Positions 39,701 through 51,944 of a stretch of DNA of 64,000 nt are shown in pieces. The notes beneath the pieces are model-generated. The model was not told the origin of the DNA and did no database searches. It saw only the letters and a program-made list of their open reading frames with translations. Source of the stretch: Antedon mediterranea (taxonomy: Eukaryota; Animalia; Echinodermata); the NCBI RefSeq assembly GCF_964355755.1, contig NC_092674.1:7626001-7690000 (forward strand), given 5' to 3'. The first letter of the stretch is position 1, and every line of letters begins with the position of its first letter. Position numbers and translations under genes: made by a program.

Positions 39701-42700
39701 ATGTTTTTTACTATAAAGTAAAAAGAAGTTGATCGTCATGCAAGTCCATAGTCTAATCCATTCGACTACACAGACAGGTCGACTGAAAGCGTATAAAAAA
39801 ATGTATTCAGAGAGCGAGCGCAGATTTTTAGAGGCAGTCTTTTGGAAAAATATTTATATATTTTATCTCATACGCAAAACTACTCAACAGTAATACAATT
39901 ACAACAATATATTTACTTTATTATATTAGCCTATTTACTTTATTTACTTCATATACAAAATCATAAAGAAGTCCATTAAAATATATATAAAAATTAAAGC
40001 CTAAATGTATGTCTGTTTGTATTTAAACGTTGTTAGACAATAACTGTTACAAATTACCTCTAACAATCAGTCTCATGATACCATGGGTAACATCCGGGAT
40101 ATCACCTGTATAACATTCATATACGCCATCATCTTTCATTCGTATGTTCTGAATCACAGCAGACGTATTACCTCTCAGATTGTTTATTTCCTCACCGTAA
40201 TTATGTCTCCAATGTAAATCGTTCATATCACCACCTTTACTGAGATTGATAGTGACAGACTCTCCAATACCGACTGTTATTGTTCTGTACTCCATTCTAA
40301 TTACAGCTGTGAAGAATAAGAGATAAAAATGTTGTTTTAGAATCTATATATAAATTATGGTTAATTCTGACATAGGCGAGCACAATGCAAAAACTTCGGT
40401 ACAAATCTCCGCCTTATCTATCTGAGATGTACCGCGAAACGTAGATTTGATAACATTAGTGTTCACAGCGACGCTATTGTTCCATATTTCTATCTTAGGA
40501 AGATGTTATAATGAGTTTTTTAACACAATTTATGATTTCAACATTAGATTTTCATTTCAATTTCAATTCTTCCCGGTCAAAGTAATTTCCGGGTTTAAGA
40601 TAAGTTCACTGCAACAACCTGGTTTCAAATATTTTCTCTCTTTTATTTTATACACAAGGGAAGGGAGCAGTTTTTTTTTTCTCTTTTGTGGCGCAAACAC
40701 CACTTTTATTCACATTCATATTATCTCATATTACATAAAATCGTATTATTTAACTTGTAAATGTCGTTACAGTTCATAAGTAACATTTTTACATATATGA
40801 ATTCTGTATTACTCCTTTTTTCATTAATTTTCGTATATTTTGTTATACACTTGACAGGATCATCATTGTCATCTATCCCGTTGATTCACACATTTTCATT
40901 TGTTTGTTTTCATTTTACAACCCGGATTATACAATATATTTATATACATGATAAAAAAAAACAATAATAACTCAGTACCACCAGTAACCCGTATCTATAT
41001 ATAAATTTACGTAAGGGCAAAATTCGATAAATCGCGCCTTACTTTTAGAATTTTTACTCGATGGTATATAAAGTTGGTTCGTACTTTCGGTACTGATTTT
41101 AACCACCTGATTTAACCCTGTTTACTAATTAAATTAAGTTAGATAATTAGTTATTGACGATTAAAACGAATTTAGGTTCAACGATTTGCCCCAAATAGGG
41201 ATGTTTTCCGATCGTGGTATACACTGTTTAATGGATGTCCATCTTGAAAAATACCCGCCACAAAAATCCGAGGAGGCTTCGCATTTTCCTATCTCCTCCT
41301 ACGATAATTGTTTTTAATAGCTGAAAACCGGTTGAACAGCTAGAGTACAGCATCATAATGTTGAAGACAGGCCGTTTTTCTTAAAAAAATACTATTTTGA
41401 TAGATTTAATATACGATTATACAAATGTATTGATTTGCGATGAATGGAACATCCCAATCTCCCAGTCTGCCAGAGTTTGGTTTAACACAAATAGTTAAAT
41501 TTATGAGCCCTTGGTTTAACACATACGGTAGGTAAATATATGGGCCCTTTGAGAATAAACTTGCAATACTTTGACAATACTGTAAATATTAACTATTTTT
41601 GGTCCTCCTTTGAATCGAGCATTTCTTACTGTGAATGTTCGTACTGTTAATGTAATATAAAAATATATACAAATAAACTTTATTACTGAGATTGTGGATA
41701 GGCTTCACTGTTAGATATACAAATAAACTTTATACTGACAGTTCCTTCTCAACGTTTGTATTAATTAATAATTACCAATAATATAACGTCGTAGTGGTGT
41801 ATCGTGACATGTACTTTAATATTTCAATCGAGTATGACAGTGACAGTTTTAACAAAGTAATTAAATCGCAAATGTTTTACTGTATTTAGAGGTATATTAT
41901 TTATAGGCCTATAAAACATGAAAAATATATTTCGTTACTGAGTGGATAAAGAATGTTTAACACAAGTAGTTAAATTTATGAGCCCTTGGTTTAACACATA
42001 CGGTAGGTAAATATATGGGCCCTTTGAGAATAAACTTGCAATACTTTGACAATACTGTAAATATTAACTATTTTTGGTCCTCCTTTGAATCGAGCATTTC
42101 TTACTGTGAATGTTCGTACTGTTAATGTAATATAAAAATATATACAAATAAACTTTATTACTGAGATTGTGGATAGGCTTCACTGTTAGATATACAAATA
42201 AACTTTATACTGACAGTTCCTTCTCAACGTTTGTATTAATTAATAATTACCAATAATATAACGTCGTAGTGGTGTATCGTGACATGTACTTTAATATTTC
42301 AATCGAGTATGACAGTGACAGTTTTAACAAAGTAATTAAATCGCAAATGTTTTACTGTATTTAGAGGTATATTATTTATAGGCCTATAAAACATGAAAAA
42401 TATATTTCGTTACTGAGTGGATAAAGAATATATTTAAAAATTGTTCCTCTTTGTACCTCTCCGCTTTCCCATCCCTCAACCCTAATGTTACATACAAAAC
42501 ACAAATTCAAAAATTTGGACTCATTTTGTGATAAGTTTCTCTTTCGGAAGTAATTCCCAGGGTGCTAATTTTAGTTGACTATACATAAATCATCGTGTCT
42601 ATTTATTCGTTTCTGTAAACGACAATGTATAGTCCTACGGTACGTACATTTGAAATCGCCAGTTTTGTTACGCTGAAATTACTGTGTATTCGAGAACCAT

Positions 42701-45700
42701 CTGTGGGCACGACCTAGATGGTACGCGAGCGAAGCGAGCGTACCATCTAGTCACTGTAATTCTTTTTCGGTTAATCGTATCAAATTAGAAATTATATTAT
42801 CATAATCTTATTTCTTAAAGCTACCCATTTTTCTATACTTGTTTCTTTATTGTTATATGTTTCACATTCAATGTTATATAACATATTGCTTTTAAATGAA
42901 TTCCATAAAGATTTACCCACTGGCTTATTTAGTGCAGATAACATTTTTATTCTATAAATAGTAAATGCTGCAAAAGTGTAAATATAATCTATTAGCTTAT
43001 CTCCCGTTCCTAGTATTAATTGTTTAAATGATATATTATTGTGATTTAAACTTACAAAGATACTAAGCATTTTCCTCCAATATTTCTGAATAAATCTACA
43101 ACTAAAAAACAAATGATTTTCATTTTCAATTTCTCCACATTTGTCACACGTTTGTGTTTCCTTAACTTTCCACTGATACAGCCGTTTGTTGGTAGGCAGT
43201 ATTCTATGTAACATCTTATAATTGAATTGTGCTAGTTTCTTATCTTTCATTTTACATACTTTCCGTAACCAAGAAGTTTTCCAATCAATGTTGTTATCAT
43301 TGAAGTACTCTTCCCATTTTAGTTGTGACATTGGAATAATGAAATATTCTTTCACAAACCATGAGTATATTAGTTTGGTAGTATTAATCTCATACTTGGT
43401 CCCAACTAATTCATCATTATCATCACAATTGAAAATATCTACCTCCTTAATAATACGTTTCCATTGAATTGGTATTGCCTTAATAATGCACAAATACTCA
43501 TTTAACCAGTTTGTTTTACATTGTAGTTTCACCAGTATTTCGTTTGATGTTAAAAAAGTGTTCTTATTAACAATGTCTTTAATACTGATAATGCCACTGT
43601 CAATCCAATGCTTGTAGAAAAGCGATTTTTTTTTTAGTTTAACGTAGTGGTTTCCCCACAGTTGCTCATTCATTATATCGTTATAAGTTTCAGGTTTTTT
43701 TTTAGAGATTCTGTTATAATTTATGTAGGCTTTTATCATATTTTTGTAAAACAGTGGAATTTTATCAGAATTAACATCAATAATGTTATAACATGACATA
43801 TTAAGTAAAACATTAACATCACATATTTTTTTAATATAATACATTGGAATATTTTTCCATTTAGCACCATCATCATTCATAATTCTTTTTAACCAGCCAC
43901 ACATGAGTGCGTTAACATGAAGAGTAAAATCAGGCATTTTAATGCCTCCCATCTCAACATCACCAATTAGAGTTTTTCTTTTTATCTTTTCCCTTTTATT
44001 GTTCCAAATAAAATTATATATTAGATTTGTAACTTGTGTATATACATATTTTGGAACATCAGTGATATTTGCAGCATATGTTAATTTAGATAGTGCAAGA
44101 ATTTTCAGGATTATTATTCTACCAAAAATTGAGAGATTTCTAGCATTCCATTGTTTTAAAGTCTTTTCTAGCTCTATTAATTTAACATCCCAGTTTTTTC
44201 TGGTACATTCTTCTGTATTATATCCTACATATATGCCTAAAATTTTGATCGGGTGTTTTACCCAATTTAATTCTAAAGGTCTATCTATTCTGTTCTTCCA
44301 TTTACCAATCCAAAAAGCATTGGTTTTTTTTTTATTTAGTGTCATTCCAGATACTTCACAAAAACGTTCAATTACACTGACTGCTGACTTAATACTTTTG
44401 TCATTACCAACATACAAAACAGTATCATCGGCTAATTGGCTTATTCTAGCTTCTATGTTATTTTCATTATTTGGAAGTTTAATACCCTTATAGTCATCTT
44501 TGTTTCTTATTCTAGATGCCATTACTTCAACCACTAAAATGAATAACAGAGCAGATAGAGGACAACCTTGTCTAATACCTCTTTCCATTTTAAAATTGTT
44601 TGAAACCCAACCATTGTTAACTGTGACACATTCAACGTTATTGTATAATACTTTTACCCAGTTACAAAAGAACATTCCAAAGTTAAACTTTTCTAGAACA
44701 TTGAACATAAAATCTCTACTAATAGAGTCAAAAGCCTTCTTAAAATCTACGGTAATTATTGCCCCTTCGATATCATTACACTCTGTATAATAAAGCAGGT
44801 CTTCTATTAACCGAATGTTTTCACCAGCGAAACGGCCTTTTATATAACCTTTTTGGTCTGAACTTACTATTGATTTAATAACCATTTTAAGTCTGTTACT
44901 TAATACATGTGCAAGAATTTTGTAATCGGTGTTTAAGAGGGTAATGGGACGCCAATTATTCAAATTTTCTCTTTCTCCATCCTTGAACAAAAGGGTGATT
45001 ACACCTCGTTTTTGCGAAAAGGATAATTCTTGAGAATTATAACTTTCATTTAACGCATCGCAAATTAAATGTTTAATATTATTCCAAAAGAACACATAAA
45101 ATTCAACACTTAGACCATCCGATCCAGGTGTTTTATTTTTTTCCATCATTGAAATGGCCTTTTTACATTCATCAATAGTGACGTAACCTTCACAATTTTC
45201 TTTTCTATTTCTGAAAGCTTGTTTATAGTAGAATTACAAAGGTATTTATTAATTTTTCCAGGGTTTATAACATTTTTTGCGTATAAACCTTCGAAATGTT
45301 GTATTTGTTCCTTTAAGATATCAATTGGGCTCGTTGCTAAGCTCCCATCTTTAGTAATTAAACTTTTTATGTGTTTCTTTTTACTTTTGGATCTTTCTAA
45401 CCCAAGAAAGTATTTTGTATTCCGCTCGCCTTCCTCTATCCATTTTACTCTGGACCTAATTTGCGCGCCTTTTGCTTCTACATTATAAATGTTTTCAAGC
45501 TCTATTTTTTTGTTTTCAATTTTATTTTCAATGGTTATATCACAATTTTGAGTATTCATAATTGTTTCATTTAAGTTTTTTATTTGTTTTTGTAATTTTT
45601 CTTTCTTTTTATTCTGGTTTTTATTTTTTTGTTTTCCGTATGCAATTGAAAATTCTTTTATTTTTGTTTTTACAAGCTCCCATAACAAACTTGCACTTAC

Positions 45701-48700
45701 AGGTTCTCTATTATTTTTTAGTATTGAAACATCAATTATTTTAATTACTAATTTTGTAAATGTTTCATCTTTCAGAAAGCTATTGTTGAACATCCATAAA
45801 CCAGGACCGCGTATTTTTTCATGCAAATCTATTTTAATTGATACCGCCTGGTGATCTGTGAGAATGGCTGGACGAATGTCACAGGCTAAAACATCTCCAT
45901 TTGAAAAGAGATCTTCTGATATTAACCAGTAATCCAGCCTACGGAAAATGTTGTTAAATCTCTTACGCCACGTAAATTGTCGCTTATTCATGTTTTTGGA
46001 TCTCCAAATATCATTTAAATTTAAATTTTTCATTAGGTTTTTAATCATAAAAACAGATTTATCAGACCTATTTGCGCTACCTTTTTGGTCAATGTCACTA
46101 TTCATGATACAATTCAGATCTCCACCTAGAATGATAGAATTACCCTTCCCTCCATCAAAGTCATTGTAACATTTGTGTATGGTCCTAAAGAATGCACTTC
46201 TATTTTTGCTTTCATTAGGAGCATAAATATTTATAATGTCCAATTCCTTTTCATTTATCATTAAATTAAGAAATATATATCTTCCATCAATATCAGTTAA
46301 CTTTTTAACAATTTTGCATTCAAGACCTTTTCGTAATAGTATCGACACTCCTCTACTATGTGAATTACCTATACTATGGATCACTTCACCTTCCCAAACA
46401 AAGTTTGATTTATTAATAATCTCATTTGTTAGATGGGTTTCCTGAAGCAGACATATATCCGCTTTTTGATCTTTTACCCATTGGAATAGCTTATGTTGCT
46501 TATTTATATTTCTAGCTCCTCTAACGTTTAGTGTTATACAATGTAAATTCATAAGATTAGAGTAAAGAGCTTCCTAGGGAAATTACAATATTTAGAATAC
46601 ATATTATTAAGATTAAATTACTTGTTTTTGTTTCTCTTTCTTAAACTTCTTTTTTCAATACTCTTTGTTTTTTCTTCTGTCCTGCCTTCATTTCCGGACT
46701 GTTCCTTCAGATCTCTCGCTGCTTTCTTGTTTGTGCTAACACTTTTACTTTTTTGCATACTTTTTTCAAAGTAGTCAGTTACCTTCTTCTGTTCATGCTC
46801 CTCTCTTTCCCCAACTTCCTGCTCCTCTCTTTCTTCAGCTTTCTGGTACTTTCTTCCCGGTACTTCTTGTTCCTCTCCTTCTTCAACTTCCTCCTCCTCT
46901 CTTTCGTCCACTTCCTGCTCTTCTCTCTGCTCCTCTCTGTCATCATCTTCCTGCTCATTTTGGTTTGTGTGTTGTTCTATAGTGATCACACTTGTTTCTT
47001 TCTGCGCATTTTCATCATCTGATGATTCACTACTTCCATCAATACTAAACACTTCATCATGTGTTTCTGTATCAGATTGTACCGTAGCTCTTTTCCCGTA
47101 GTGGTTATCGTTAGCATTACTATTTTTTGGGTTTTCAAAGTTAAAAACCGATTCCCAAACTTTATTAATGTATGCACCAGGTGAACCAGATGATGATACA
47201 TTATGCGCTTCAACATTACATCTGTCCCTAGTATGCCCTGGTAAATGACACTTGAAACAGATTATATCAGCTTTGCATTGAAAAGCTAAATGCCCAGTCT
47301 TTGTACATTTGTTGCATTTCACTTCCTGACCGTCATGAAAAGCCCGTGCTCTAAAACCATTTATTATTATCTGTCTTGGTATAGGCGATTTTAGCTTTTC
47401 TACAACGACAGCTCTGTCACCGTTTAGCCAGCTGGTTAATTGGCCATTAACCCTTATTTTTAGCCTTGTAACATCTCCTATTGGTTTGCATCCTAGCGCT
47501 TTCAACTTGCTAGCAATCTCTACGTCAGCAACCGATAATGGTATATCCTTTATGACTATTCTCGTTGTTGTATGCCAAATAAGGATTTTTATCATGAATT
47601 GTAATATTACAATTCCTAATGTTTAGTCCATTCGTAATTAGTTTCACTCTATCATTTCTATTATTTAGATAAATTCGCCATAGGTTCCGTATTTTTTGAA
47701 CACCTATTATACTTTCTGCAGCAATTATTTTTAGTAGGGCTATACATAGGTCTTCATCTTTGAAAAAGCTTTTTCCTGTTGGTATTTGATCAGCCTTCAA
47801 AAAGATTGGCTTCACTACACTACGTTCTTTGTTTACTGTTTGCCCGTTCATCCTGCTGATTTCGTCACCGTCAGCCTGTGCAGCACTGTACATTCCTTTG
47901 TTAGTCCCGTTTCTATGGGTTTTTGACGCCATTGTTTGGCTTTCACCGGGCTTAGACGTGAACGATATACAAATTGTTTTTTCCTAGTATTTCTTTCAGG
48001 TAAAAACTTCCACCTTAACAAAGACTTGGTTTAACTTGACTTATTCACTATATTATACTCACTTAGAAATCAATCGAGATTTAGAAAACGTCAAATTTTA
48101 ACCGTATTTCAGGAGCTGTAATAAACTATACCTTGGTTAAGTAAAATCACAACGCCCTCAAGGGAAGGGAGCAGTTAAAATAATAGATTTGACCCTAAAG
48201 GTGACTGAAAACAGGCACTTTCCCAATACAGTGTCCTTTTGGAAGACGAAAAAAAAAATCAGATATATCCATTTCAGTTTTTTGTTTATTTTAAAACATA
48301 CCGCGCGCATGTGTGAAGGTACAGTAGTTAAATAATAGGAATTATACTGCAAATTAATAAAGATCAAATTAAATATACGCCATAAAGAATCAGAATATAT
48401 TGTGGGGAATAGTATTATAAAATTACATAGGGAGATTTGATGATAAGACATTTTTCGAGTGAAATCCCGATAGCTGAGTTTTATTGAGTAAGCTTGCAGG
48501 AATAACTGTAGGCTATCTTCCTGAGATGTCTGCCCATGTCTTCTTTCTTGGGCCCACTCTGTCACGGCAGTTAGTTTCAAAAGATGATTAAATTAAATAA
48601 TGTATTAATAATTATTAGGATGGTATTCATTTGAATAAACGCCTCTCCAATAAAACATCACTTTGAATAATAACCCCCCCCCCCCACCCCAACCCAACTA

Positions 48701-49599
48701 TCTAATAAACGTCCATCCACATATTTATAATAACACAATTATACTATTTGTAGTAGAATTCACCGCACTGTTTATCAAGCATTTGTTATTCTTTTTTACC
48801 ACTTTTCATATCTATTAGAGGATTTCATTTGATTATAAATGTTACCATTATTAAAACTAAAAAATTTAACATATATCCCTCGAATAAGCACCTCCCTCAA
48901 ATGACATCCGCCTCCACAAAGGGCCCTACCAAACAATAAAAACTATACTTTCAAATGTTATTAATCATCTAAAACACTGTGAAACGAAGTAGTTTAGTTT
49001 TACGAATGTCAAGCATTTTCAATAATGGTAACCGACAGAAAACGTATAAGGAGAACATTATCATTCCGAGAACCATCGTCTACACTTCCTAGAGGGGGAG
49101 CGAGCGAAGCGAGCTCACCCTCTAGTAAGAGTAAATTTTAATAGTTAAAAATAATGGTATTAGGTTCCATTACGATCTATCTGTACTTACTCACCAGAAG
49201 CGGATGTCAGTACAATTGCTGAGTTGGTGATTACTTCGCCGTTCTTTGCTTCAAATGAAAATACTCCAACTCTCTTAGGTTGTAAGTCAGCAACACCTAA
49301 AAACGTGTGTTCGGTGTGCTCTCGAAATTGAATCTTACTATTTGTGTTAAAGATTTTACCATTTGGCATAGGTTTCGTTTGTAGTTGTGTAATGTATCCA
49401 GGCACACGAGGCGTAATACCAGTATCATCCCAAGTCACATTATCTTCCCCATCACTATTCTTGTATAATATTCCAACTGATAAATCTGTAATGTTTTTGT
49501 CGTCTCGAAGTGCGTATCCTCGAAACAGACTATTAATAGTATCAAGATTACTACGTGATGTCAGTGGTGTATCAGAATATACAGTTATATCCAATGTAT
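27776..49599 (-). CDS. Receptor-type protein tyrosine phosphatase with Tie-like ectodomain (Ig-like, Ig, 4 EGF, 4 FN3, TM, PTP-D1, PTP-D2); signal-peptide exon not located
   Basis: Approximate exons. Ig-like/Ig: 49195-49599, 40057-40306. EGF: 39420-39554, 38973-39114, 38535-38666, 38151-38288. FN3: 37541-37849, 37213-37280 + 36743-36977, 36133-36399, 35492-35809. TM: 35195-35262 (GVIIGCIFAFVVILLILAVLIKR). Juxtamembrane: 35022-35080, 34566-34765. D1: 34142-34229 (KNRY), 33628-33704 (DYINAS), 33461-33497, 32836-32932, 32369-32491 (KCEQYWP), 31729-31892 (WPD, VHCS), 31420-31555 (AGAGRTG, MVQT), 30661-30793. D2: 30369-30468, 30074-30147, 29248-29505, 28618-28758, 28080-28215, 27776-27850 (DYANL*). 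Confidence 0.92.
29720..29950. repeat. ~22-bp minisatellite (gacagaatgaatcccgtaacaa)
   Basis: About nine tandem units in an RPTP intron. Confidence 0.9.
31030..31255 (-). mobile_element. tRNA-derived SINE
   Basis: The minus strand has gtggcttgatcg (A-box-like), gggttcaaatcc (B-box), a unique body and an A-rich tail at ~31030. Confidence 0.6.
35568..36760 (-). repeat. Intragenic tandem duplication (~590 bp) adding an FN3 exon
   Basis: 35568-36150 and 36155-36760 are near-identical across both exon and intron. Confidence 0.92.
40994..42750 (+). mobile_element. Non-autonomous Helitron, family A (both termini intact, ~480-bp internal duplication)
   Basis: A|TCTATATATAAA start, terminal hairpin ctagatggtacgc-gagcgaagcga-gcgtaccatCTAG|T, no TSD. 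~41480-41955 is repeated at ~41956-42430. Confidence 0.92.
42792..46552 (-). CDS. LINE ORF2: APE endonuclease + reverse transcriptase + C-terminal CCHC zinc finger; one frameshift near 45190-45210
   Basis: TLNVRG, LLQETH, GGDLN, RLDYW, TDH (EN); KTPGSDG, WRPITLLN, DFKKAFD, RQGCPLS, QLADDT (RT); CDKC...HLFFSC. Confidence 0.93.
46618..47932 (-). CDS. LINE ORF1 (Tx1-type, two CCHC zinc knuckles, acidic tail); frameshift near 47570
   Basis: ORFs 47525-47932 and 46618-47595 overlap; knuckles CNKCTKTGHLAFQC and CFKCHLPGHTRDRC. Confidence 0.88.
48968..49125 (+). mobile_element. Mini-Helitron related to family A
   Basis: 3' hairpin ctagagggggagc-gagcgaagc-gagctcaccctCTAG|T preceded by cgagaaccatc, as in family A. 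Candidate 5' end A|TCTAAAA at 48968. Confidence 0.7.
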
Positions 49600-50314
49600 C
49601 TTAACGAAGAGATATAAAAACAATGTTTGAATTAATACAAATATAGGCCTAGTAATCTTATGGATAAATATGGCAAACCCTACAGAAAATGTGAATGTTT
49701 GCATTGAAGATTTGAATACTTTTTTAACATATTGTAGGCCTAATAATATATAAGTGGTTTGGAATAATATATCATATTTAATTGCACTTTTATTAGGTTT
49801 AATTGTAACTTAATTAGTACTAGTACTAGTACAAATTAGGGGAAAAGAACACATCTCTGTAGAAAATAAAGTGGATTTGTAACACTATAAAATATAAACG
49901 ATGGCATTAACTTGATTTTATTTTTCCTTCCTATTTTGTGGTATACCATGTTAATCCAACTTCATCCAAATCATCATTTTTAAATATATGCGCATGCGAT
50001 TATGGATATTCTTATGCCATCCAATCAGACTATTTTTTACCTTTAATTACAAATAATTTTGGATTAAGGTTAAACGAAAATGAACGGTATTATCATTATA
50101 TTGATGGTACTCAATTTTTTGCGTATTTTACGTATCTCCTCCAAAACCATTTGGCAGACTGATGTTTATTGATGGTCCGCAAACGATAGGCTACGTCACT
50201 TTCCTGAACTTTAAGGATAAACACCAAAAAGGCAAAAATAGCAGTAATTTGACGTCTCAGCGACCATGTTATTGTATAAACTACGCAATCTCCTTTTTTT
50301 TGTGTACCGCCATG

Positions 50315-51258
50315 GCCGGATGCGATTTTTTTTCGTACATAAGTTGGGGACCCCCTCATGAAACGTCACAAAATAAACATGAATAATTCATCAGTTAAAT
50401 TTTCTTGTTCCGTGTGCACTCAAGCGTATAGCAACAAGAAGTGATTACACAAGTGCGGTACGATTCTAGGCCTATCTCCGCTGTTGTTGCGGCGTGCGAT
50501 TTCATAGAAGAATAGCCGCGTTTTGTGTGGATTGTCGAAATGATCAGCCTTTAGTTTATGGTGTTTTTAATATAATTTATTACTAAAGAATTACGTGTTA
50601 AAATTATAGTTTCTATTAATACTATTAGGCCTAATTATTAGTCTCTAAACCCATGTCTATTCTAGTAGTAGCTGTGTGTGTGTGTGTGACGTGTGTGTGT
50701 TAGGTATGACCAAAGATAGTTACACTATCTTTGGTATGACACAATCCGAGTAATAAGTCAGCAAAATTAAACAATAAACATTACACAAAAATACATTTTT
50801 TATTCTCGTGGGTCTAATCTTCCCATCTCATGTGTTCATATACGCGCATTTTTAAAGTTCCTTTGAGTACATGCATATTGTTTGATAATAAAATAGCAGA
50901 ATTAAACAAATACAGTACGCAAATTATACACATTCTTTATTCTTGTGGGTCTAAGCTTTCTTTGGGCTATGTCCAATGAATTACTACTTAGTTTAATGTC
51001 TTGCCTAGCTGTCGATTAGCCTCGACTCGACACATTTTGTGTGAAGAAAAGTGCGCGAAGGCAATCACGTGAATTGACTTAGAATCCTAGGCCTACTGTA
51101 GAAAGTATCGTATCGCAGTTGTGTAATCACTTCTTGTTGCTATACGCTTGGGTGCACACGGAACAATAAATTTAACTGATGAATTATTCATGTTTATTTT
51201 GTGACGTTTCATGAGGGGTCCCCAACTTATGTACGAAAAAAAAAAATCGCTGGCCGGA
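50315..51258. mobile_element. MITE-like element with ~150-bp inverted repeats
   Basis: 50326-50465 (cgtacataagttgggg...gattacacaa) is the reverse complement of ~51110-51245. Exact termini are unresolved. Confidence 0.8.
50704..50740. other. Micro-palindrome with 7-bp direct repeats (putative P-superfamily excision footprint)
   Basis: gtatgac|CAAAGATAGTTACACTATCTTTG|gtatgac. Confidence 0.65.
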
Positions 51259-51944
51259 TCTACAAATACCATGCCGGGCCGCCAAAAAACAGTCTTTAGT
51301 CAACCGTATCGAATGATCGCGTCGTTGAAGGTTTAATTAATTACACCTATTCTTTGAACAGAATGTTTTTCGTAAATCACGGTTTGGCTCAGTGAGTAAA
51401 ACGCCGTGGCCATTGATATCAATCATGCTTAGTATGTTCGAGTTCGCGACAGGTGTACAATTATTAAGTATCACCGCTTAAACCTAAAAATCAAAACTAG
51501 ACCGCAATGTAATTACAAAACTAGCAACAAAGATAAAAAACCTCACACAAAAAAAATTACAAAATATAAAAAACAATGAAATAAAAAAAATGTAAATAAA
51601 CAAATAAAGAAAAAGACACACACGCAATACTAAAACGAATCCAAATGGCTGTCGTGTTTCCGCTAACGAAAAATACACCCAAAGTGTTTGTGTCCGAGCG
51701 CATCATCTAATTTCGACTACTCTTGTTGCTGTGTTGATTTCAGAGTTCATTAAAATGTTTAATCTGCCGACTCATTGACATTTTGTAACTTACAGATATT
51801 TCAAAGTAAAGGAATACTCCGTGTATAACAAAAGTAATGGCCGTAAATAGTTCCGAACTGTATTCTTGACAATTTGTTTGCTTGTTTTTGTCAGGGGTGC
51901 GGCCGGGAAGAGTACGCAAATAATTAATCATGCCATGCGAATTA

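Larger units (their letters stand above)
40671..48158 (-). mobile_element. Full-length Tx1/L1-clade LINE in an RPTP intron, with poly(A) tail and TSD
   Basis: TSD caagggaagggagcagtt at 40655-40672 and 48159-48176; poly(A) at ~40671-40680 preceded by AATAAA; ORF1 and ORF2 present; a Helitron is nested in the 3'UTR. Confidence 0.93.

Noticed and set aside
43222-47216. Plus-strand and alternative-frame ORFs over the LINE
   Set aside because: Shadows of ORF1/ORF2 with no independent motifs.
48158-48580. 140-aa ORF upstream of the LINE
   Set aside because: It lies outside the TSD, has a non-ATG start and shows no recognisable domain.
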